DNA of 64,000 nucleotides from IMG/VR virus record IMGVR_UViG_3300027754_000044. One strand, written 5' to 3'. Below the pieces are notes generated by a model, which did not search any database, had not been told where the DNA came from, and was given only the letters and a program-made list of their open reading frames with translations. This document shows positions 7,878-17,328 of this stretch, piece by piece (the stretch's first letter is position 1; every line of letters starts with the position of its first letter). Source of the stretch: a virus. The position numbers and the translations under genes were made by a program.

Positions 7878-9235
7878 AGGAAGTCTAACACATTTACGTT
7901 TTCGCTTTTAGATACTTTAGCTGCTTCTTCTGCAAATCCATTATTGCTTAGATAATCTGACCACTCTTTTGTTTCCCACATTCCAGCTGAGACTCCATTC
8001 CAACCTTCATGCCATTCCTCATGATCTTTATTATCTTTTCTTGTGTAAACAAATTTCCTGCGAAGATTTTCTTGTTCGACAGAAGAACAATTTATCATAG
8101 ATGATCTGAAATACATTACGACGGAAATTCTTTCAAATCCTTCATCAGATGAAATCAGAGGAACGTTGCCATGGATTTGATGAGCATCCATAAGCAATAG
8201 ATCTCCAGGTTTCACATCTACGCAGACTTTATACTCAGGCATGCAGAGATACATACCATCAAAGTTCTTTCCGTCACTCAATACTGTAAGATTGCTGAAT
8301 CCTGCTGGAGCATTGATTCGTTCTGTTTCACATAAATCTCCGGCATCTCGGTGACAAGCTGTTCTGAAATCTTTATTGATCGTTATAGTTGTGTAAACTG
8401 AATTACCAATACGCCAGCCAGTATCTTTCAGTTGCTTGACGGATTCATTCTGTCCATTCCATCTAATCGGAAAGTTGTCTTTAAAAACTTTAGACGCTGC
8501 TTCGAATAGAGGATATCCTTTTTGAAACAGATCTGGATTTGCGGCACTCCAAGCAGTTTCTCTGCAAAAAGGAATACGAGGATAGCGATCAAAATATCCA
8601 GCAGTTCCAGAATATACAGAATTACCATAAGATGTATCTGATATCAACTTGCGAACTTCTATTGCAGCCTGCTTTCTTTCTTTCCTAGATAATTGTCTAG
8701 TCGTTTCTACCCATTGTGTGAAATCAAATTCTGCAGTTTTCTTTACTATCCATATTGCTCCGCCTTTAATATTGCCACCACCAGCAGCACCACGACCTTC
8801 TAATGGTTCATTAGGCGTTTCACGTAGGATATCATCTAGCTGATCTGTTCCAGATGCAGATATTGGAGAACCCGCTAGAAAGTAATTGATGATTGCTTTT
8901 TCTAGCTTAGTGATCCATCTGCGTTTCCCATGTCCAGTATCAGTCGGCATTATCTGGAACTCATCACGATGAGTTCCTGCGGCAAGACCACGATTGTCAG
9001 ATTGACTAGCACCTTCGCGCAATCCGATATATGCCGGATCAGTAATGCTCTTAGGAAATACGTTCTTACGAAACTTCAATAGACAATTATTCTCGTGTGG
9101 ACTTTCACCTGGGCCCAAAGGCTTATACACATCGCAATCTTCATTAACAATATAATTGTATGCGTCGTGCTCTAGAAATTTACCTAATAGATGCTCACAG
9201 TCAATCTGCTCTGTCAATATTATCTGCTTTGTCAT
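7874..9235 (-). CDS. TET/JBP-family 2OG-Fe(II) 5-methylpyrimidine dioxygenase
   Basis: SGTAGYFDR..CRETAW, YTTITINKDFRTACHRDAGD (HxD), LLMDAHQIHGN, RISVVMYFR; matches the JBP1 oxygenase motif order. Confidence 0.85.
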   Translation of the reverse strand: MTKQIILTEQIDCEHLLGKFLEHDAYNYIVNEDCDVYKPLGPGESPHENNCLLKFRKNVFPKSITDPAYIGLREGASQSDNRGLAAGTHRDEFQIMPTDTGHGKRRWITKLEKAIINYFLAGSPISASGTDQLDDILRETPNEPLEGRGAAGGGNIKGGAIWIVKKTAEFDFTQWVETTRQLSRKERKQAAIEVRKLISDTSYGNSVYSGTAGYFDRYPRIPFCRETAWSAANPDLFQKGYPLFEAASKVFKDNFPIRWNGQNESVKQLKDTGWRIGNSVYTTITINKDFRTACHRDAGDLCETERINAPAGFSNLTVLSDGKNFDGMYLCMPEYKVCVDVKPGDLLLMDAHQIHGNVPLISSDEGFERISVVMYFRSSMINCSSVEQENLRRKFVYTRKDNKDHEEWHEGWNGVSAGMWETKEWSDYLSNNGFAEEAAKVSKSENVNVLDFL

Positions 9236-9250
9236 AATATAATTCCAATG

Positions 9251-9850
9251 TTATTGTGTATCTTTATGTATGTTCAATTTTAGAGTTCTGTATGGTATTG
9301 TGAAAATATTTTTTGCACCAATTGGGACTTTCGGAAATAGATCTTCAAGAACAAAAATAAAAACAACATCTTTATTTTTTCTTGCAAACCATTCTAGATA
9401 ACGAATTCGACCAGCATTATCTTCTACTTGCGCACGAGTTTCTGGACCATAGTTTGCAGTTCCGGCAAACAGATTTGAGCAGGAAAAATGATTATCATTA
9501 ATCAAAAAATCAAATCCTAGACATATGAGCACATTATAATTTTTTTCTATTGCGCGCTGCATAGCATACATCCCAGAATTATTTCTAGGATATCTGTTTC
9601 TGCCTGGATGCATATCTGCTGGTTCGTATTCTTCAGCTTTTGATCTAGGAAATAATGTATACTCTACAGGAAAATCAGAAGCACTGATCTCATCCATCAT
9701 TCCCTGATCAACAGCAACCAACCAGTCTGGTTTGAATGTTCTATAGAGGGCATTACATCCAAATATCGGAGATACACCATTAATAGAACTTAGGTCAAAG
9801 TTTTTTCGACTCTCACCATTCCCTATGATGAAAGCTGTATTGTTGCTCAT
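9251..9850 (-). CDS. MAF/DUF115-like Rossmannoid protein (sialyltransferase-like fold)
   Basis: AFIIGNGESR...IFGCNALYR...LVAVD...NSG..A...LGFDF. Confidence 0.65.
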   Translation of the reverse strand: MSNNTAFIIGNGESRKNFDLSSINGVSPIFGCNALYRTFKPDWLVAVDQGMMDEISASDFPVEYTLFPRSKAEEYEPADMHPGRNRYPRNNSGMYAMQRAIEKNYNVLICLGFDFLINDNHFSCSNLFAGTANYGPETRAQVEDNAGRIRYLEWFARKNKDVVFIFVLEDLFPKVPIGAKNIFTIPYRTLKLNIHKDTQ

Positions 9851-10281
9851 TTTTTCCAGTTTGCGGTTAGATTAGGAAATGCGGCTTTTACAGCATCCAT
9901 CTTAACCTTTAGGCCGCGATTTTTCATACGAAGAACCAACTGCGCATCATGCACATCTAAAACCTCGAGCATTTGAATAAACATCTGTTCGCGTTTTAGA
10001 TTCGATATCCTTCGTCCATCTGGTGAATCTACAAAGTAGATAAACTTTCGATGTTCAGCCACCAGGCGACCGTGTGCATCTGATCCTTCTGGCATTGGAC
10101 GAAACGGAGGATCTGTTTCTGGAAGAAGGAATTTAACGCCGGGATCCATTCCATATCCAATGATAGCTTTCAACGCAGCGGATGCATATTTCTTTAGAAG
10201 TTTAGTCTGTGCTGCAGAAGTTTTTTGTTTCTCAATCTCATCAATAATTTCAGCCATACTTTTAGTCATATAAATCTCCAC
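9847..10281 (-). CDS. conserved T4-like phage protein (DUF6433-like)
   Basis: LLPETDPPF...KREQMFIQMLE; position next to rnh. Confidence 0.7.
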   Translation of the reverse strand: MEIYMTKSMAEIIDEIEKQKTSAAQTKLLKKYASAALKAIIGYGMDPGVKFLLPETDPPFRPMPEGSDAHGRLVAEHRKFIYFVDSPDGRRISNLKREQMFIQMLEVLDVHDAQLVLRMKNRGLKVKMDAVKAAFPNLTANWKK

Positions 10282-10306
10282 ATTTCATTAATTAAAACCA
10301 CTCTAT

Positions 10307-10314
10307 TATTTATA
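10307..10314 (-). promoter_or_regulatory. T4-type late promoter
   Basis: TATAAATA in the intergenic gap, upstream of the 10281-6534 gene run. Confidence 0.7.
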
Positions 10315-10316
10315 CA

Positions 10317-11180
10317 TTAAAAATCGGAAATTGATTCTGTAAGACTTCCGAGACGATTCTGTATGAAGTAATTGAAGATCTTAGAACGATCATTACAATT
10401 TGCAGATTCAAATTCTGATATACATTGATTCTGTAAATCCTCTGGGATCATATCTAGATCAATGAGCATCTGATTTCGTTTATATCCACGGAGCATTTCT
10501 CCAGAACAAAATTGCTCAGGTTCCATACGAGACCACTCAGCAATCTTATCTCTACGCAGAGGTTTCTGTCGCTTATCTACTACAAATGTATCGTCATCCG
10601 AAATGAAATTTGGCACTCCGTCTGATCTATCTCCGAGCATAATATGCTCTTTACGAAAGCTCTCTGGATTATTGATTGCGATCATCTTCTTTTGAACAGG
10701 CGCATACTGATAAACATTACAGTATTTCTGAAGTTGTGCAAAGTCCTTATCACCAGAAAGAATCAAAATCTTATCTGTATTTGCGCCTAAGAATCTACCA
10801 TACTTATGACAAATTGCGGCAATAACATCATCTGCTTCGCATCGGTCGATACGTATGACTTTGTATGGAAGATGGTCACGGATTTCGTCACGAATCTTAT
10901 TGAGAGCCTCAAATAGTGTATTCCAGTCAAGACCAGATGAATCTCGTGATTTCTTTCGACTCGCTTTGTAGTGTGGAAATATACTCCTGCGCCAATAATT
11001 TTGGGCGTCACAGCATATAACCAATTCTCCGTATTCCTGATAGAATTTTGAACGATAGGATCGTAGAGAATTAAGGATCATGTGTCGAAGCATTTCTTCA
11101 TCTACGATGTTGTCTTTCGTATATGAAAGATGCATCATCAGATTAGAAATCATCGTCTGATTCAAATCAACAAGTATCAT
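10317..11180 (-). CDS. rnh: T4-like RNase H / 5'-3' exonuclease
   Basis: MILVDLNQ, YWRR..FPHYKASR, EADDVIA, ILSGDKDFAQL, GDRSDGVPN. Confidence 0.95.
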   Translation of the reverse strand: MILVDLNQTMISNLMMHLSYTKDNIVDEEMLRHMILNSLRSYRSKFYQEYGELVICCDAQNYWRRSIFPHYKASRKKSRDSSGLDWNTLFEALNKIRDEIRDHLPYKVIRIDRCEADDVIAAICHKYGRFLGANTDKILILSGDKDFAQLQKYCNVYQYAPVQKKMIAINNPESFRKEHIMLGDRSDGVPNFISDDDTFVVDKRQKPLRRDKIAEWSRMEPEQFCSGEMLRGYKRNQMLIDLDMIPEDLQNQCISEFESANCNDRSKIFNYFIQNRLGSLTESISDF

Positions 11181-11187
11181 ATTAGTC

Positions 11188-12348
11188 CTATACCACTCGA
11201 AGAATTATTGAAAACGCATTTAGACGTCCAGTGCTTTTGATTGGTTTAGTCTTAATGGCATCAAAATATTTTGTGGCACCACGAGATGTTCCCATAACAA
11301 TATTCTTAGAAACTTCTAATGGCTTTCTAATCTTCTTCGCTATGGAAGTTGTTTCATTAATGTTCTGCAATGTAGAACCTTTAATAGAGATACCATCAGC
11401 ATCGTTTGAGAAATAATGATCAACACGACGAGTTTTCACATTGAAGATCCATGCCTCGGAAGCGCCGATAAGTTTCGTAGGCTCAATGCTAGTGAGCTTC
11501 AGATCTGCGTCACCTTTCATATACTTCAGTCGTTGAATCAATTGATCTGCGCTCTTGACTTTTTTCTTACGCGGTGCTTTGATTTTCTTCAGATGATCTG
11601 CCCACAATTTAGAATCATCAATTATCTTTTGATAGAAGTCGTGCAGCTTCTTAATCTCTCGCGGTTTGAAATTAGAATATCCTTCGTTCAGCTGCTCGTC
11701 TTTTCCACGAATAACTTCTTTGATCTCTTTAAGTTCTTTCATATAGATCTCAGCGATTCGCTTTGCGTATAGTGGTTTCACTGAGTTGCTCTTCAGAAAC
11801 GCATAAGAATCAAATGGGATCTTACACTTAGATAGAACAAATTCGTCGATCTTATTATCAAATTCTGCTACAGTCTTATGAATTGCTTCTGTGGTTCTCT
11901 TTTGAATATCAATCGGCGCAACCTTCTGAACATCACGGCGCGTTGTGATTTTTTCTTTCCCCGATATGATTAATTTTTTGAATCGATCTTCGATATATTG
12001 TAGTTCTTTGGAACTCATAACATAGCCAGCAGCATTCATACGACACAACCACGCCAACGGACCATAAAGTTCTTGGTCATTGACGTGATTGATCATATCT
12101 ATTTCTTTAGGCTTTTTGTTAAGAGTCTTGATATATGTTTCAACATATGATCGCGCATCTTTTTCTGAACACTGACTGTTATAGAAATTAAAGCAGCGAA
12201 TGAGTTCTACATTTCTATTATTACCAAGATTCGATTTAGAATCCCAAATCTTTTCCACTCCGAACAATAGTCCTTCTGTGCCAGTAGGCGAAATTCTCTT
12301 GATGGTAGACGCATCACGTATTTGAGCTGTTTTCAATTTTTTATCCAT
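11188..12348 (-). CDS. conserved T4-like hypothetical protein
   Basis: 386-aa ORF with LTSIEPTKLIGA..WIFNVKTR; own promoter. Confidence 0.75.
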   Translation of the reverse strand: MDKKLKTAQIRDASTIKRISPTGTEGLLFGVEKIWDSKSNLGNNRNVELIRCFNFYNSQCSEKDARSYVETYIKTLNKKPKEIDMINHVNDQELYGPLAWLCRMNAAGYVMSSKELQYIEDRFKKLIISGKEKITTRRDVQKVAPIDIQKRTTEAIHKTVAEFDNKIDEFVLSKCKIPFDSYAFLKSNSVKPLYAKRIAEIYMKELKEIKEVIRGKDEQLNEGYSNFKPREIKKLHDFYQKIIDDSKLWADHLKKIKAPRKKKVKSADQLIQRLKYMKGDADLKLTSIEPTKLIGASEAWIFNVKTRRVDHYFSNDADGISIKGSTLQNINETTSIAKKIRKPLEVSKNIVMGTSRGATKYFDAIKTKPIKSTGRLNAFSIILRVV

Positions 12349-12398
12349 ATCTATATTTGTGATACCGGTAGATACATATATATCTATATTGTGATACC

Positions 12399-12427
12399 AT
12401 TATACGCTCATTCAAAAGAATTGTCAA
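12399..12427 (-). promoter_or_regulatory. sigma70-type promoter
   Basis: TTGACA-17-TATAAT. Confidence 0.85.
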
Positions 12428-12431
12428 GGCT

Positions 12432-13457
12432 TTATTTTTTGCCCAAAATGCCTTCTAGAAGAGATGTCCACTGAGCAGCACGAAGATCCCAATTGTAGAA
12501 ATTGTCAAAATAGATCTTTTGAAATCTCAATCTGGTCTGATTGGTTTCATCCCAGTGATTGCGAATCGCCATCAAAAGAACATTCGCGAACATATTTGCG
12601 TGATCGTTATATTGTTCATGAAAAGGATACATCGTAGCAAAATTTGCACAAGTTTCTGGCAACACAGAAAAATTCGGGCAGACAACCGCGCAGCCAGCAG
12701 ACATCGCTTCAATCACTGAGATGCAAGATGTTTCCGGCCAGATATTCGGATACGCATAGATATGAGCTTTTTCCAGTGCTTTACGAACTACGTGATTTGG
12801 TTGGAAACCGTGGTAGTCGATGTTAGGGTGTTTCATGCATCGATCAAATAGATGTTTGTATGGTTCATCTCGCGCGGGCCAGCCATAGGCAGCGAACGAA
12901 GAATATACATCTAGATGCAGATTGATTTCTGGCAATGCATCACAAAGTCTCTCGAAAACAGGAACTAGGATTTCTAGGCCACGATGAGGAGTTGTATGAT
13001 AGATTAGATTGATTCGTTCTTGAAGCGAGCTCGCCAGCACGCTTCGTATTTTTTTAACTTCAGGAAAGGGAACGATTGCATTCTGAAGAACAATTCCATC
13101 TGAATAGGGAACGTCGCGCCCTATCTGAAATGTAGCTTGTTGGAAATGCGAAACGAAAATCAATTTCGAGAAGTTCTTTCGACTTTCTTCTTTCGAAAGA
13201 TGTTCAGACTCAGGATCATCCCATGTATCATGCAACCAGAGAATATTTTTCTTATCTTTCCTAAGATTTTCTGGGCGATAGCGTGAGCAGATAATGTTGA
13301 AATGATCTAGAAGATCTGGAGATACTCTCTCACGAAGACCAGCCATCATCATTTCTGTTCCACCCTGTGAACCTATATGAGCATAGGTTCCATCTGATGC
13401 TGGCTCGATGCTTTGAGCCTCTTCAAGAATGCCAGTAATATTTAATTTTGTCCCCAT
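12432..13457 (-). CDS. GT4-like glycosyltransferase
   Basis: GGTE, WLHD, YHTTPHRGL, YPNIWPETSCISVIEAMSAGC. Confidence 0.9.
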   Translation of the reverse strand: MGTKLNITGILEEAQSIEPASDGTYAHIGSQGGTEMMMAGLRERVSPDLLDHFNIICSRYRPENLRKDKKNILWLHDTWDDPESEHLSKEESRKNFSKLIFVSHFQQATFQIGRDVPYSDGIVLQNAIVPFPEVKKIRSVLASSLQERINLIYHTTPHRGLEILVPVFERLCDALPEINLHLDVYSSFAAYGWPARDEPYKHLFDRCMKHPNIDYHGFQPNHVVRKALEKAHIYAYPNIWPETSCISVIEAMSAGCAVVCPNFSVLPETCANFATMYPFHEQYNDHANMFANVLLMAIRNHWDETNQTRLRFQKIYFDNFYNWDLRAAQWTSLLEGILGKK

Positions 13458-13696
13458 ATTTCCACACCTTTCACAGATTCAATACGAAACGAACGCCATG
13501 CATTATTATCCAAATCCCAAACAGGAAGAACATCGTCATTGGGTTTACGAACCGAAGTAGATTCTTTTTCCTTTACACCAATTATATATTCATCCTTTAG
13601 ACTACATTTCATCGTTCGTGTTTTGCCGTCTTTCTTAGTAAAGGTTACAGAAATAATATTGTTACGTGCCAGATCTTGAATTTCGTTTCGTGTCAT
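13442..13696 (-). CDS. WYL_2/DUF2693 SH3-like protein
   Basis: VTFTKKDGKTRTMKCSL...VWDLDNNAWRSFR; start reassigned to MTRNEIQ, which has an SD. Confidence 0.8.
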   Translation of the reverse strand: MTRNEIQDLARNNIISVTFTKKDGKTRTMKCSLKDEYIIGVKEKESTSVRKPNDDVLPVWDLDNNAWRSFRIESVKGVEIWGQN

Positions 13697-13798
13697 ATAT
13701 CTCACCTGTTTAGTTAAGTCACCGCATATGTTTCTAGGACAACGCAAATCGTTTTGAATCTCACCACAAAAATGACAAATAGATTTATCTTTTTTCAT

Positions 13799-14632
13799 TT
13801 AAGTCCACAGCGAATTTCGAATTTTGATAAGACGGATCATCATTTGTTCGTCTTCCTCCTCGTATTCTTTTTCAAGTTTAGTTAGAAGTTCACTAGAAGT
13901 ATCACACATCTTTTGAAGTTCTTCGCTCTTCTCAGAAAAGTTAAGGCGTCCTCCATTAGCAATTCGACTCGCTTCGCAGTATTGAGACCAGCCACTGGCT
14001 TCATAAACATCTGGACGATTACGATAAGTTTCTGTCCACCATGTATATAGATCTAATATTTCTTTCGCAGCAATTGCCTGACTGGTGGGTTTTCCGTATT
14101 CGGGATTATCTGGATTGACACCCATTTCTTCGTTCATAATTAATTTACGTTGCCATTCGAGATTAGCCAGTCCAGCTTCGGGACTGCGCCATGTCCGCCA
14201 ACGAAACCAACCACTAGCATACCTGGGAGCTTTGTATTTTTTATGAGCCTCTTCGTCCCAAGCGATATTCCACCAAGCTAACTCTAGCTCGACATAATCA
14301 ACAAGCTCATTGAAAAGACAAGGAAGGAAACGATATCCAACATCCCTCCATTCGCCACGTTTAATATCTTTAGGATGCGCAGTAAGAGAATGGGTATGAG
14401 TAACCCAACGATTATTGATGTAATATTTGATGGCGTGAAGAGTAGTTATTGGCCAACAGATAATTATTTGCAGCCTATCAAGAGCATCATCAGCCAACCA
14501 AAAACGAAATGGATGTGCAGCCTTAGCCGTTTCATTCCACTCATGCCATCCTTCGCTACTCGCAGCTGCCGGCTTTGGTGTTCCACGAAGCCAATCGGCA
14601 AATTTACTGCATGTCCAATAGTTAGAAATCAC
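13799..14632 (-). CDS. Trp-rich conserved phage hypothetical protein
   Basis: 277-aa ORF; EILDLYTWW..Y..RPD, MMIRLIKIRNSLWT. Confidence 0.75.
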   Translation of the reverse strand: MISNYWTCSKFADWLRGTPKPAAASSEGWHEWNETAKAAHPFRFWLADDALDRLQIIICWPITTLHAIKYYINNRWVTHTHSLTAHPKDIKRGEWRDVGYRFLPCLFNELVDYVELELAWWNIAWDEEAHKKYKAPRYASGWFRWRTWRSPEAGLANLEWQRKLIMNEEMGVNPDNPEYGKPTSQAIAAKEILDLYTWWTETYRNRPDVYEASGWSQYCEASRIANGGRLNFSEKSEELQKMCDTSSELLTKLEKEYEEEDEQMMIRLIKIRNSLWT

Positions 14633-14835
14633 TTAATATTCCCTCCGAAATAATCATATACTGCTTCTAGATGCAGAAGAATTTCTTCACCATGCTTCAA
14701 ATCTGCATCTTCATATGGAGCACGTGATTTATTTTTCTTAAGAGCTTTAATATCTCGCTTTACGCCATCAATCGACTCACGCAATTCAGTTTTAATAATG
14801 TGATCTACAATTTCTTCATTAATTTCAAGTTGCAT
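14629..14835 (-). CDS. hypothetical protein
   Basis: ORF track; overlaps both neighbours. Confidence 0.6.
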   Translation of the reverse strand: MQLEINEEIVDHIIKTELRESIDGVKRDIKALKKNKSRAPYEDADLKHGEEILLHLEAVYDYFGGNIK

Positions 14836-15163
14836 AATTTATCTCCAACCAGTTAGTTTCTTCGGGAAGAATTTCAATCGTAACGCCTGCTTTTTCACCC
14901 ATTTTACGCATACTATTATGGGCAGACTCTACCGCAAAATTTATTCCATAGGCATTTTTATGGCAATTATAAACCGAACCAGAATATCCCTCAAAAGAAT
15001 ATATATTATCCTTAAGAGAAACTTTGGTAATACCGCTATTCAATTTCCAAGAATCTGAACCAGCGAACCCACCATACCAAGAAGCAAATACCTTATAAAT
15101 TGATATTGAATCTCTATTTGTAATCTTAAAAACTACCCATTTGTCTGGATTATAATCACTCAT
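14825..15163 (-). CDS. conserved phage hypothetical protein
   Basis: PDKWV...YKVFASWYGG..GSDSWKLNSGI...GYSGSVYNC. Confidence 0.75.
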   Translation of the reverse strand: MSDYNPDKWVVFKITNRDSISIYKVFASWYGGFAGSDSWKLNSGITKVSLKDNIYSFEGYSGSVYNCHKNAYGINFAVESAHNSMRKMGEKAGVTIEILPEETNWLEINYAT

Positions 15164-15164
15164 A

Positions 15165-16022
15165 TCATACCTCTATGTATTTTAATTTGAAATCATTTGC
15201 GCGTCTTTCTTCACCAGAATATCCACGCGGATTACATAAAACTCGAGTATCGCCAATCATATAATCCCAAGGATCGTGCATATGTCCATGGGTCCACAGA
15301 ACAATCTGTGGATGATCTAAAATAAACTCGCTTAGATCACTATAAAATGCACCGTTCATAAGAACATCACGAGCATATCTCTCATGAACGCTTTTCGACG
15401 ATGGAGCATGATGACCAACAACCACGACTTTACCTTTAGTGTTATCTAGAACGTGCTTGATATATCTCTTAGTCTTGTCATGACGATAGCTGGTATGAAC
15501 CGGACGCAATTTTGTGTAACCTGCTTCATCGTTTTTAATTGCGGTATAATCATACATAATTCCGACTAAACTATGTAGAGTCAGCGGATCACTCTTATTA
15601 CAATCGGTCCATAGTGTTCCACCAGTAAATGTTATGCCTTCAATCACTTTCGTATCGCATTCAAGAAAATGTATATTTGGATATCTAGAACACTCGCGAC
15701 GCAATACTTCTATAGTCTGAAGCCATTTTCCATGATAGAATTCATGATTACCAGCTACATATATAACATGCTTAAATTCTGCAGCCACGTTATCTAAAAA
15801 TTTTCTATACATAACCGCGGCTTCACCACGTGAAGTTTTATACACCGCTTGATCAAATTTTTCAACATCTGAAAAACCACAATTAGAGCATAGTGGAGTT
15901 TTTCGAAGATCTTCGGCGACCATGATATCTCCACTCATAATCAATACATCTGCGTTCTCAGTATTTTTTAAAGTGATCGATCCAAACTCTAGATGCAAGT
16001 CTGAACAAAGTGCAATTTTCAT
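15165..16022 (-). CDS. calcineurin-like metallophosphoesterase
   Basis: SDLHLE, GD, GNHE, HHAPS, HGHMH, NPRGY. Confidence 0.95.
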   Translation of the reverse strand: MKIALCSDLHLEFGSITLKNTENADVLIMSGDIMVAEDLRKTPLCSNCGFSDVEKFDQAVYKTSRGEAAVMYRKFLDNVAAEFKHVIYVAGNHEFYHGKWLQTIEVLRRECSRYPNIHFLECDTKVIEGITFTGGTLWTDCNKSDPLTLHSLVGIMYDYTAIKNDEAGYTKLRPVHTSYRHDKTKRYIKHVLDNTKGKVVVVGHHAPSSKSVHERYARDVLMNGAFYSDLSEFILDHPQIVLWTHGHMHDPWDYMIGDTRVLCNPRGYSGEERRANDFKLKYIEV

Positions 16023-16396
16023 TAGCGTCTCATCTTAGAAATATCAATTGCTGCTTGTTTATTGAATACCGGAACTGCGTTTGACTTATGCATCGTAGAA
16101 ATACCTACAATTGCATCACCAGTATATACTTTGTCTTCCGACTTGGTGCATGGCTCGAATGTGCATTTGACAGAAGGTATCTTAGGCAAATCACTTCCAC
16201 GGTATGAAAGGGGTTTCCGCTGAAGTGTCACGAAAGTCTTAGAAGTTTTCTGCTTCTTCACATCATGAGATAGAAGAATCTTTTTCCAGTTCTCTTGATT
16301 CTCACGTGATACCTTCGCTGCAGCTGCATTAGAAAACTTCTGTTTCTTTCGTTTCTTGAAAGAAGTAGTCGTGAAATAAACTGGCATCATACCCAT
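16022..16396 (-). CDS. conserved T4-like basic protein
   Basis: YTG..IVGISTMHKSNAVPVF...ISKMRR. Confidence 0.75.
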   Translation of the reverse strand: MGMMPVYFTTTSFKKRKKQKFSNAAAAKVSRENQENWKKILLSHDVKKQKTSKTFVTLQRKPLSYRGSDLPKIPSVKCTFEPCTKSEDKVYTGDAIVGISTMHKSNAVPVFNKQAAIDISKMRR

Positions 16397-16435
16397 AACG
16401 AAATCCTATTAATATTGACCCTTCGGAACACATGT

Positions 16436-16464
16436 ATTATATCAGGAACCAACCTAATTGTCAA
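16436..16464 (-). promoter_or_regulatory. sigma70-type promoter
   Basis: TTGACA-17-TATAAT. Confidence 0.85.
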
Positions 16465-16793
16465 GGCAAATGTTTACACTTACCACGAAATTTAAATCCA
16501 TTACACGAGCAAGTCTTTTCATCTAGATTCACGATATACTTGTCGCCTTTACTTCCGATAACAATTTTGGTATTGGCTTTCGTATCTGGTGCGGTATATT
16601 TGAACTGTGCAGCATCTACCTCTACGAATTTACGATATCTTTTATTTAGCGGAAATTTACCAGTCGAAAAGATAGGTTTGCCTTTGTGCCATTTCTTATA
16701 CGCAATTATGTTATCACGATCATCAATCAAATATGTATGATTGATCTGACGTGAAACTCCAGCCCATTCTGAAATTTCTTTCAATGCTCTCAT
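16461..16793 (-). CDS. SWIM zinc-finger protein
   Basis: GSKGDKYIV...CSCNGFKFRGKCKH. Confidence 0.85.
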   Translation of the reverse strand: MRALKEISEWAGVSRQINHTYLIDDRDNIIAYKKWHKGKPIFSTGKFPLNKRYRKFVEVDAAQFKYTAPDTKANTKIVIGSKGDKYIVNLDEKTCSCNGFKFRGKCKHLP

Positions 16794-17185
16794 CTATCTA
16801 CTCCAAATAGACCTGCTGCTAATTCTAGCTCGCCACGGTCAATATTAAAAAATCTTTCCAATATATCGAATTCTAAATCTACAAAATTTCTGTCATGATA
16901 ATCACGACCCATAGCATGGCACATTTCGTGAACAAGAGTCAAATAATTTCGCTGACCAGGAGCCAGATGGATTTCATTTTCCAAATTATACGACAACCAT
17001 TTTCCACAGTAAAGAACTCCTTTGCTTTCGAAGAGAATAGGAAAATCTGAATCTTTATATTCTTTCCAGATATATTCCATTTTCTTCTGTAAATCTTTCA
17101 TCGATCTTTGGATGACGATGTCCATCCCGAGAAAATACACATCTTCAAAGCGATATAGATTTCTTGTATGAATACCAGTGTTCAT
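16790..17185 (-). CDS. HExxH zincin-like protein (SprT/WLM-like)
   Basis: LVHEMCHA...HDRNF; leaderless start geometry. Confidence 0.7.
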   Translation of the reverse strand: MNTGIHTRNLYRFEDVYFLGMDIVIQRSMKDLQKKMEYIWKEYKDSDFPILFESKGVLYCGKWLSYNLENEIHLAPGQRNYLTLVHEMCHAMGRDYHDRNFVDLEFDILERFFNIDRGELELAAGLFGVDR

Positions 17186-17191
17186 ACAACC

Positions 17192-17220
17192 ATTATACGT
17201 GGTTTGTAGTCAAATTACAA
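17192..17220 (-). promoter_or_regulatory. sigma70-type promoter (leaderless geometry)
   Basis: TTGTAA-17-TATAAT-GGTTGT-ATG. Confidence 0.75.
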
Positions 17221-17256
17221 GGGTTATTTTGGCTATTCAAATCAATGAGTTAGCGT

Positions 17257-17264
17257 TATAAATA
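17257..17264 (+). promoter_or_regulatory. T4-type late promoter for the plus-strand operon
   Basis: TATAAATA about 65 nt upstream of ORF 17329. Confidence 0.75.
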
Positions 17265-17328
17265 GACATAGTATTGAAAATTTCGTAGTTTCTGCACTGA
17301 ATACATCATACAAACAATTTATTCTGGA

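Noticed and set aside
12347-12398. Imperfect ~19-bp direct repeat (ATATCTATATT(T)GTGATACC) between promoter and start codon
   Set aside because: Could be an operator, but it is AT-rich, occurs at a single locus and was not seen elsewhere.
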